Source of the DNA: Holophagales bacterium UBA5066
GTDB lineage: Bacteria; Acidobacteriota; Thermoanaerobaculia; UBA5066
Direction: 5' to 3'
Assembly (NCBI GenBank): GCA_002414905.1
Contig: DIAY01000014.1
Location: forward strand, 741-64,740
Length of the DNA: 64,000 nucleotides
The translations under genes were made by a program, and so were the position numbers. Shown here piece after piece: positions 54,977 through 63,400 of this stretch (position 1 is its first letter; each line of letters starts with the position of its first letter). Below the pieces are notes generated by a model. That model saw nothing but the letters and a program-made list of their open reading frames with translations, made no database searches and was not told the DNA's origin.

Positions 54977-55711
54977 ATGAAGCGGATTTTTGTCCTCGCG
55001 GCCGTCCTTGCCCTCGCCGTCGGCTCGTCGGCCCCCGCAGCCGACCTCACGACGTTACAGAAGGCCTATTTCACTTCCACCAGGCCCGGCAGCTGGGTGA
55101 AGTACGAGCAGACGACGACCGACCCGAAGGGAAAGGTTCAGAAGACCGAAGTGACCATGTCCCGGTTCGGCGGCGGGGGCGACAGCATCTGGTTCGAGAT
55201 GCGGTCGGTCCCGAAGGAAGGGGCCAAGGGCAAGCCGACCACGATGAAGTACCTCCTGAACCCCGACTTCAAGGTCGAAAAGAACGCGCTCGACTACATG
55301 AAGTACATCGAGAAGATGATCATGCAGGAGGACGGCAAGGAAGCGATGGAGTACCCGGTCGACATGATGAGCCAGATGGGCGCCTCGTTCGCGACGAACG
55401 TCGATTACGGCGCCAACGTCACGTCGCTCGGCCCCTGCGAGGCCGACGGGAAGATCGGTGAGAAGGTCCGGATCCAGGGTTCGTTCGACGTCAAGGTCCT
55501 GATCGTGAGGATGAAGGGGACGACCGACTCCGAGCTCTGCATGAGCGACTCGATCCCGTTCGGAAGGCTCTGGGAGAAGACCGTTACGACGAACGACAAG
55601 GGCAAGCTGGTGAGCACGGTCGAGATGCGGGTCCTCGATTCCGGGTCGGGCGCCGTCTCGGCGATCAAGGGACCCGTGAAGAAAATCGAGATGCCGAAGA
55701 TGCCCTGGTAG
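54977..55711 (+). CDS. Secreted hypothetical protein (Lys-rich, about 244 aa)
   Basis: Trimmed to the ATG at 54977 (SD AAGGAGAG). Signal peptide MKRIFVLAAVLALAVGSSAPAAD. No family recognised. Confidence 0.65.
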   Translation: MKRIFVLAAVLALAVGSSAPAADLTTLQKAYFTSTRPGSWVKYEQTTTDPKGKVQKTEVTMSRFGGGGDSIWFEMRSVPKEGAKGKPTTMKYLLNPDFKVEKNALDYMKYIEKMIMQEDGKEAMEYPVDMMSQMGASFATNVDYGANVTSLGPCEADGKIGEKVRIQGSFDVKVLIVRMKGTTDSELCMSDSIPFGRLWEKTVTTNDKGKLVSTVEMRVLDSGSGAVSAIKGPVKKIEMPKMPW

Positions 55712-55783
55712 GTCCTGGTCGTAAGGAGGCGGGCCTGCGGGGGACAGGCAGCACGGCCCGCCGTCCTCCCGGCCCCCTCCCCC

Positions 55784-56710
55784 TCAGGGCTTTCCGAACC
55801 CCACGAGCAGGACGATTCCTGTCGTCACGACGGCGATCCCCGCGAGAACGCGCGGTCGGAGGCGCTCCCCGCCGATGGCGAGGGCGAACGGAACGGAGAG
55901 GACGGGAGCGAGCGACGTGAGCGCCGCCGCCACGGCCAGCGGCGAGTGCGTGAGGCCCACGACGAAAAGCGCCGTCCCGCCGACGCTCTCGAGGAGAAAG
56001 AAGGGCCAGGAGCGGCGGATCTCGGCAGCCGGGACGACGAGGGTCGTCCCGCGGCCGCGGAGAAGCAGGCGGGCGAGCGGCAGGAGCGCGACCGCGAAGC
56101 CCATCCGGAACGTGTTCACGGCCGCGACCGGCAGGTCCGCTCCGCCCCGGGCGATGGCGAACGTGTTCAGCGCCCAGAAGAACGACGTCGCTCCCGCGAG
56201 AAGGACACCTCGCGTGTATCCGAGCCGGTTCCGGAACCCGTCGGCCGGCCCCTCGGTCTCCACGTCCTCGCCCCGGCGCCTCACGACGGTGACGACGCCC
56301 GCCACGACGAGGAGAACACCCAGGAGGCCCGCCACGCCGACGTTCTGCCCCATGAAGACCCAGCCGGCGAGGGCGGACCAGATCGGGTAGATCGATGAGA
56401 TGGCAAGGGCGGCCGGCACGCCGAGGACCTGTGCGCTCGCCAGGAAGAGCGCATCACCGACGACGTAGCTCCCGACGACGCTGAGCAGGAGCCAGCCCGC
56501 CCGGCCCGCCGTCACCTGGCCGAGCCCGCCCGCCGGGCCCATCACGAGCGCCGCCGCGAGAAAGCAGGGCAACGAGAGGCTCGCGCGCAGCAGGTTGACC
56601 GCCATCGGGCTCGAGACGCGGGCCGCGCGGGCGTAGACGTTCGCCGACAGAGCCCAGAGCGCGGCCGAGCCGAGACAGGCGGCGGGACCGAGGAGAGAGG
56701 CGGCGTTCAA
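55784..56710 (-). CDS. EamA/DMT superfamily transporter
   Basis: 308 aa with about 10 TM segments forming two EamA-like halves. TTG start at 56710. Confidence 0.8.
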   Translation of the reverse strand: MNAASLLGPAACLGSAALWALSANVYARAARVSSPMAVNLLRASLSLPCFLAAALVMGPAGGLGQVTAGRAGWLLLSVVGSYVVGDALFLASAQVLGVPAALAISSIYPIWSALAGWVFMGQNVGVAGLLGVLLVVAGVVTVVRRRGEDVETEGPADGFRNRLGYTRGVLLAGATSFFWALNTFAIARGGADLPVAAVNTFRMGFAVALLPLARLLLRGRGTTLVVPAAEIRRSWPFFLLESVGGTALFVVGLTHSPLAVAAALTSLAPVLSVPFALAIGGERLRPRVLAGIAVVTTGIVLLVGFGKP

Positions 56711-56744
56711 ATGAAGGGACTCGGTCGCGAGGCGGAGGGAGACC

Positions 56745-56906
56745 CTACCGGCGCTCCGGCCGGCCGCAGACGACGAGCGCGCCGATGACGCCCGGCACCC
56801 AGCCGGCGAGCGTCAGGAGGGCGACGAGGAGAATCGTTCCGCACCCCTTGTCGAGAACGGCGAGAGGCGGGAGAAAGATGCAGAGAAGCGCACGGCCGAG
56901 GCCCAT
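56745..56906 (-). CDS. Pmp3/YqaE family small hydrophobic protein (53 aa), not in the ORF track
   Basis: My own translation: MGLGRALLCIFLPPLAVLDKGCGTILLVALLTLAGWVPGVIGALVVCGRPERR. It matches the family pattern (..FLPPLAV..KG....L.N..LT..G..PG.IHA..V). SD GGAGAG lies 9 nt upstream. Stop TAG at 56745-47. Confidence 0.7.
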   Translation of the reverse strand: MGLGRALLCIFLPPLAVLDKGCGTILLVALLTLAGWVPGVIGALVVCGRPERR

Positions 56907-57010
56907 TCCCGTATTCTCTCCGAAGATCGCCCGAGGCCCAGGGACGCGTACGCCCGTCGAACCGCCCCCGCCTGTCGCTCCCGTCCGACCTCCCTGAAAA
57001 GGAGACTGAT

Positions 57011-58150
57011 TTGATCAACGAAACGCTCACCATGATCCCGGGACCGACGCCGGTCCACTCCCGCATCCTCGGCGCCCTCGCCCGGCCGACGACGTCGCAC
57101 GTGGCGCCGTCCTTCGTAGAAGAGTTCCAACAGGGCCTCGCCGGCTTCCGCGCGCTCGGGCAGAGTGAAACGGCGCAACCGTTCATCGTCGCAGGGGGGG
57201 GGACCCTCGCGATGGAGATGGCTCTGGTGAACGTCGTCTTCCCCGGTGAAAAGCTCCTCGTCGTCTCCCACGGCTACTTCGGCGACCGCTTCGGCGACCT
57301 CGCGGCCTCCTTCGGGATCGAAGCCGAGGTCCTGAAGTCCGAGTGGGGCCGCGCCGTTTCTCCCGGGGAGGTCGCGAGCCGCCTCGAGGCCGGCTCCTAC
57401 GCGGCCGTGACGGTCAGCCACGTCGACACCTCCACCGGCACGTGTGCGGCGGTCGAGGCGTACGTCGAGGTCCTTCGCGGGCGCCCGGAGCTCTTCATTC
57501 TCGATGGCGTCTGCGCGACGGGTGGCATCGACGAGCGGTTCGACGAGTGGGGGGTCGACGTCCTCCTCACCGGTCCCCAGAAGGCCATCGGCGCCCCTCC
57601 GGGGCTCGCCCTCTGCCTCTTCTCGGAGCGTGCCCTGGCACGCCGGAAGAGCCGCAGCCGTGTTCCGGCCTATTACGCCGACGTGATGCGCTGGCTCCCC
57701 GTCATGCTGGACCCCGGGAAGTACTTCTCGACCCCCTGCGTGAACGAGATCGTCGCGCTCGCCGAGGCGCTCCGCCTGCTCCACGCCGAGGGGCTTCCGG
57801 CCCGGTTCGCGCGCCACAGGCGAATCGCCCTCGCCGTACGGGCGGGGCTCGACGCGCTCGGCCTGAAGCTCTTCACGGCGGAGGACTGCCGGGCCGACAC
57901 GCTCTCGGTCGTCCTGCTCCCTGAGGGAATCGCCGACGCTGCTTTCCGGAAGGAAGTCGCCTCCCGGGGCGTCGTCGTCGCAGGCGGGCTCGGGCCGATC
58001 GCGGGAAAAGCCTTCCGCCTCGGCCACATGGGGAATATCAACGCCGCCGAAATCGTCGAGGCTCTCGGGGCGATCGAGGGCGGGCTGGTCGCGCTCGGCG
58101 TTCCCGTCACTCCCGGAGCAGCCGTCGCAGCCGCCGCACCGCTCCTCTGA
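57011..58150 (+). CDS. Class V aminotransferase (alanine-glyoxylate / serine-pyruvate aminotransferase-like)
   Basis: Motifs MIPGPTP, GGGTLAMEMA, SHVDTSTG and LLTGPQKAIGAPPGL (PLP Lys). TTG 57011 has SD GGAG; the alternative start is ATG 57032. Confidence 0.85.
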   Translation: MINETLTMIPGPTPVHSRILGALARPTTSHVAPSFVEEFQQGLAGFRALGQSETAQPFIVAGGGTLAMEMALVNVVFPGEKLLVVSHGYFGDRFGDLAASFGIEAEVLKSEWGRAVSPGEVASRLEAGSYAAVTVSHVDTSTGTCAAVEAYVEVLRGRPELFILDGVCATGGIDERFDEWGVDVLLTGPQKAIGAPPGLALCLFSERALARRKSRSRVPAYYADVMRWLPVMLDPGKYFSTPCVNEIVALAEALRLLHAEGLPARFARHRRIALAVRAGLDALGLKLFTAEDCRADTLSVVLLPEGIADAAFRKEVASRGVVVAGGLGPIAGKAFRLGHMGNINAAEIVEALGAIEGGLVALGVPVTPGAAVAAAAPLL

Positions 58151-58174
58151 TTCCGGCGTACGGGTGGCGTGACA

Positions 58175-58200
58175 ACGGCCGCCCCCGAGGGGGCGGCCGT
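58175..58200. terminator. GC-rich hairpin between convergent genes (bidirectional terminator candidate)
   Basis: acggccgccccc-ga-gggggcggccgt (12-nt perfectly complementary arms). No U-tract on either side. Confidence 0.4.
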
Positions 58201-58226
58201 CGCAGTCGTAGGGGTTGATTTCGGGG

Positions 58227-59651
58227 CTATTCGATCTCGAAAAGCATCAACTCGACCGGTAGCGTTGCGAACCAGCCGATGTCGCGCATCAGCTCGAGGG
58301 TCGCGTCGAGCGTGCCGTTGAGGTCGCTGTTGATAGACGGCTCCATAAGCAGGTTCGGAGTCGCCGACGTGTCCCAGTGCGACACCGACGAGCCGACCTG
58401 GATCGGGTTCGGCGCGTACATCAGCATGCGCCCGACGATGTTCATACCGGACTTCCGGAGGTTGGTCGTGCTGAGGTTCCCGGTCGCTGGAAGGTTGGCC
58501 TTGATCAGCGTGCCGTCCGAGAGGGTGACGCGCACCGCCGGGATCGTGATCGTCCCATCGGTGCCGGTCAGGCCCGGCGGGGGCGGGACGCCGGCCACGT
58601 TGTCGACGACGATCATCCCGACGGCGCCGGCAGCCTGGCAGAACCCAACCTTGGTGACGAATGTACACGCCCCGCGATCGACGACACAGATGTTGCCAGC
58701 AGTGAATCCGACGAGGGCTTGACACCCGTCGTTGAGAGGTGCGGTCGCGTCTTCGCCGACCTGCATCGGGGCGGTCACCCCGGGGCTCGACAGCGCGGGC
58801 CCGAACGACGCGGTGCCGACATAGTAGGAGGCATTGACCCCGGCGTTGGCGCTCCCCGTGACGACGAGCTGAGCGGCGTCGGCCATGTTCGCCATGCCAT
58901 ACGCGTTGGAGTTGGCCCCGGTCCAGGTCAGCCCGAGGCCGGTGATCGCCGACGCCACACGCTGTGGGTCGGTCTCTGTCGGGTCGGACCAGAGGAGGCC
59001 CGTCGTGTCGTCCCGAAGGAAGTGGTCTTTGGCGGACGGAAAGCTGTTGAAGTATGCGCCGGTGCTTCCGCTCGTAAACGTCTGGAATCCGAGGCCGTGC
59101 CCCATCTCGTGCAGCAGAACAGTGAGGAAGTCCGTCTGGGAGCCTTCGTTGTGGTCGAATCCGTAGTACCACCCGGCGCCAGTCAGACAACCCGCGTTCC
59201 CGAGGTTGATGTTGAACCTGGCCCTGATGTCGTTTTGGGCGAGATCGAGATCTTCCTGTGCCAGCCTGTTGGCGAGGGCGATGTGATACCAGGTCGCCGG
59301 AAACGGAGCGAGGGTGAAGTCCCTATTGACAGAGAGGGCGCCCGCCGAGCCGAGGACCGCCGAGGTCGCGGTGCAGGTCAGGGGCTCCCAGGTCGCGAGG
59401 ACGTTGATCGGGACGCTCGAGTCGAGGGCCGCGCCCCAGATCGACGCCGCCTGGGTGAAGACGTTGAGACGCTGCTGACCAATCGTCGTACCGGCGTTGC
59501 CGCCCACGGGCGCGACGACGGTCGGGTCGTTGAAACCGACTCCAGCGCCATCGCCGTTGATGATGGTGATCACGGCGGCACCCGACGCTGGGGCCGCGGC
59601 GAGGCCCAGGACGAGGGCCACGAGGACGAGGCAGGACTTCGTGCGAGCCAT
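58227..59651 (-). CDS. Secreted zinc metalloprotease with protease-associated (PA) domain
   Basis: Signal peptide ..GLAAAPASGAA. Zinc motif LLHEMGHGLGF. PA-like segment CVVDRGACTFVTKVGFCQAAGAVGMIVVDN. Confidence 0.8.
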   Translation of the reverse strand: MARTKSCLVLVALVLGLAAAPASGAAVITIINGDGAGVGFNDPTVVAPVGGNAGTTIGQQRLNVFTQAASIWGAALDSSVPINVLATWEPLTCTATSAVLGSAGALSVNRDFTLAPFPATWYHIALANRLAQEDLDLAQNDIRARFNINLGNAGCLTGAGWYYGFDHNEGSQTDFLTVLLHEMGHGLGFQTFTSGSTGAYFNSFPSAKDHFLRDDTTGLLWSDPTETDPQRVASAITGLGLTWTGANSNAYGMANMADAAQLVVTGSANAGVNASYYVGTASFGPALSSPGVTAPMQVGEDATAPLNDGCQALVGFTAGNICVVDRGACTFVTKVGFCQAAGAVGMIVVDNVAGVPPPPGLTGTDGTITIPAVRVTLSDGTLIKANLPATGNLSTTNLRKSGMNIVGRMLMYAPNPIQVGSSVSHWDTSATPNLLMEPSINSDLNGTLDATLELMRDIGWFATLPVELMLFEIE

Positions 59652-59654
59652 GGC

Positions 59655-60122
59655 CTACTTCTCCTCTGCCTTCACGGTCGCAGGAGCCACTGGGGCACCC
59701 TCGAGACCGAGGAACCTCTTCGCCGGGCCCGATTCGTCAAAGCACCCGGTCTCGATCTTTCCTTCCGCGTTGCGGCGAGCGAGGGCCCAGCTCCCGAAGT
59801 TGCCGCTCACCATGTACGCCGTCGAGCCGTTCGCCATTTTCACAGTCTTTTCGACTCCGGGCCCGCGATCGAGCAGCCGGTCGATCTCGGCGGCAAGAGC
59901 CGTGACCTCCTGCGCCGAGGCGGAACGGAGCTGGCCGGTCCTGGCGTCCCTTACGACAACCGTGAACGGCGCAGCCTGGGTCGGGGTTTGTGCCGAGACC
60001 TGCGGGCTGGCGGAGGGAGCCGCCTGCCCGCCCTTGGGTTCCGCTGCGGAGGCCGACAGTGCCAAGCCGAGGACAGACGCAGCCACGGCGGCGCCGCGGA
60101 TGTGCCTCCAGTAATTCAACAT
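59655..60122 (-). CDS. Small secreted hypothetical protein (155 aa), coupled to the metalloprotease
   Basis: SD AAGGAGA plus ATG. Signal peptide ..LGLALSASAAEP. The stop lies 3 nt before the protease ATG. Confidence 0.6.
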   Translation of the reverse strand: MLNYWRHIRGAAVAASVLGLALSASAAEPKGGQAAPSASPQVSAQTPTQAAPFTVVVRDARTGQLRSASAQEVTALAAEIDRLLDRGPGVEKTVKMANGSTAYMVSGNFGSWALARRNAEGKIETGCFDESGPAKRFLGLEGAPVAPATVKAEEK

Positions 60123-60439
60123 ACTTGTCTCCTTCGGACGAGCCGCAGTGCCTCGCCGTGACCATCGTTTCGGTTCCGGGCTGATTCTCTGATCGCCATG
60201 ATTCGGGAAATCCAGCGAATACTACCCCCTATACCGAAATCCATACCCGTCCCCTGCCGTACCTGGCAGTCTTTCGTTCTTCCTGGGATCTGCATGCCCC
60301 CGGGACCTGCTTTCGACGAACCCGACTCGATTCCCAGACCCCGTTTCAGGCACACTGGCGCCGCACCGCAGAGGGGTCCGACGAACGGGAGAGGGCCGGC
60401 CCCCCGCGCCGCGTGGAGACGCCCTCGGAGGATCAGGCC

Positions 60440-63400
60440 TTGAAGGATGACGGACCGACGACGACGCTCGAACCCGCCGGAGAATCCGTGAGCGGCCTCT
60501 CCCGGCGCGCGCTCGCAACACCCGAACCTTTCGTCCGCCTCTTCTCCCGGCGCGTCCAGCAGGAAGGGGCGCTCGACCTGACGCAGGGGGACTACAAGAA
60601 CGCAGATTTCGCGCCCCATCCGGAAGTCGTTCGCGCCGCGCAGCGGATCACCCGGAATACGGTCCACAGCTACGGGCCGGCGGTGGGCCGGATGGACGTG
60701 CGGAGCGAAGTGGCCGACTTCTTCAACCGCGACGGCCTCCTCGACTACCCCGCGTCCCAGGTGCGGTTCCTCCCGGACGAGGTCCTCTTCACGCCCGGCA
60801 CCCGCTCGGGTCTGGCGATGGTCCTCGAGGTCCTGGGCGCCGACGGCTCCGGCGTCGTCGTCCCGCGGCCCAGCTGGGAGTACGACTGGTACGTCGAGCG
60901 CGCGGGCAAGAAGCTCGTCGAGCTCCCGACCTCGGCTCCCGGGTTTCTTCCCGATCCGAAGGACCTCGACCGGCTCCTCGAGAAGGGGGGCATCTCTTCG
61001 GTCATCCTCAACAACCCGCACAACCCGACCGGTCGCGTCTACCCCCGCGCCCTCGTCGAGGAGCTCGTCCGCGTCGCGGTCGAGCACCGCGTCTACGTCC
61101 TCTACGACTCGGTCTACCAGAGACTCGATTATGTCGGCTGGTTCGTGAACCCGGCCTTCGCTGACCCCGAATGGCGCGACTGGGTCGTCTCGCTCTCGGG
61201 TCTCTCCAAGATGGACATGTTCGGAGCGTCGACCGGCACCCGCGCCTGCTGGATGATGATCTCCGACCAGATCCGTTCGAACGGCGTGCGGGCCCGGGAG
61301 ATCCTGGCGAACCTCTCGGCCTGGCTCGTCGCGACCCCCTCCACCCTCGCCCAGGACTGGGCACTCGCCGCCCTGCAGAGTCCGCTCGCCGCCCTCCGGC
61401 GCCCTTCGCCCTACATGCGCGAGCGGCGTGACTTCATGGCTCGGGCTGCCGACGAGCTGGCCTCGCTCGGTGTCGAGCGGACCGACTTCGGCGGGACCTT
61501 CTACGCCCCCCTCGCTTTTCCCGGCCTCGTTGGCGAGCCGTTCGACCGGCTGCGCGGCGGCATCCACGAAAAGGCCGTCGTGAAGGACTCCGTCGACGCC
61601 TTCGAGCTCCTCCTCTCCGGCGGCGTCGGAGGCATCCCGTTCGTCGCCTTCGCCGGCTCCGACCCGGCGCGCTACGGGACCTGGCAGCGCCTTTCCTACG
61701 GCTCGAAGGACGTGAAGGAGCTGTCGGTCTTCATCGACCGGGTCCGCGCGCGCATCACGCAGCAGGGGCGCCTCGGCTCGAGCGCACCCGCCACCTGCGC
61801 CCCGACCGCGAGATCACCCATCGACGCCGTCTGGGAGAGTGTCTGCACCGCCGAAGGCTACGACGCCCTCGACGGATTCGACCCGAAGACCTTCGCCGTC
61901 GCGCGCAAGGCGTTCCTCGAGAGCCCCCGGCACGAGACGCTCCGCCTGACCGGGACCAAGCATCCCGACTCGACGACGCACCGTGCCGGCCAGCTGGGCC
62001 GGGCCCTGGCCGCGGCCCCGGCCGGATCGCCCGACCGCGCGCGGCTCTGCCTGACGTATCTCGAGTGGAACCCCCTGGTGGATGCGCGGCCGGAATACGA
62101 GGAAACCATCGCCGACCTGCTCGGGCCTTGCAGCGAGGTGCTTCTGGACTTCGAGGGACGCCAGATCAGCCCCGAGTGGCTCGACCTGCCCGAGAAGGTG
62201 GTCCTCGCTCTTCTGCGCCACGGGATCGTCGCGGGCGAGGACCGCCACCTCCTCTTCCGCGTTCCGAACCCCTTCATCGAGCAGGACGAGGAGAAGATCG
62301 TCCGGATCCTCGGCGCCGTCGCTCGCGCGAACGTCCTCTTCCAGCTCGCCTGCGAGAAGCTCGGCATCAAACCCGTCCGCAACGCGCTCCCCGAGATCTC
62401 GGTCCCGCAGGTGAACTCGATCGCCGAGATCGGCGCCGTCGTGAAGATCGGGACGCTCTACCAGGCGGCGATCGCGGAGCTCTTCGAGGGAGCCGAAGGA
62501 CGCGCCGACGTCTTCCTGCGCGAGAGAGTCCCCGCGGCGCGCCGGATCGCGCTCATCGAGAAGGTCTCCCGGGTCCGCCTCGTCCCGCTCTGCGAGAACG
62601 TCGGCGCCCTCGCGCATCTTCCCGACTTCCTGGAGGCGTTCTATCTCGCGCTCGAGCGGGGACGCGGCCTGCCCGGTCTCCCGACGGCGGCGGTCTTCCG
62701 GACCAGCTTCGACCACGAGGAAGCCGTCGTCCGCGTCTTCGTAGCGATGTCCGACACGGCGGAGCAGAGCGGCAAGATCGCGACGGACGCCGCCTGCACG
62801 CTCGCCCTCGCCGGGCGGCAGGAGGCCGAGCGCCGCCTCGCCGCGCTCGCTCAAAAGGCCGGAGAGCCGGCACCGCGGGTCACGTTCCTGATCGGCGCCG
62901 GCCGCGCGGGCTTCCGCGGCGGATTCGACCCGGGGCACCCGGGTGTCCTCCGTCAGTTCTCCCGCGCCGACGGCGTCACGATGCAGGGGATTCGCGCCGA
63001 CTCACCCACCGAGGCCGAGCGCCTCGCCGCGGCGTTCCGCACTGAAATTGCCTCCGGGGTCCCTTTGCCCGCCGTCTCCGCCGCGGACCGCGAAGCGCTG
63101 ATGAGGCTTCTGGAGACCGGCGTGAAGGCGCATACCGAAACGCTCCTGAGGATCGCGCCGCTCCTGTCGCCCTTCGGCAGGCTCGTCCCCCAGACGCGCG
63201 TGCGGATCCGGGCGACCGGCTCGGTGAATTACGGCCGGTCGATCCCGACGTATCCCGAAGAGTGGGGCGGCGGCACGACCCTCCCCGGCAACCGTGTCCT
63301 GCGGGACGCCTGGCCCGAAGGGGTCACCCTGCCACGCGCCATCGTCTACAACCTCGCCTGCACCACGCTCGGCCTCCCCGCGGTCACGAGCGACCTCGTC

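Noticed and set aside
60255-60375. Possible sigma-54 promoter elements (ctggcagtctttcgtt; aggcacactggcgcc) upstream of the fusion gene
   Set aside because: Neither element has the required GG-N10-GC spacing together with the TTGC element; each is off by one or lacks GC at -12. No enhancer-binding protein gene is nearby.
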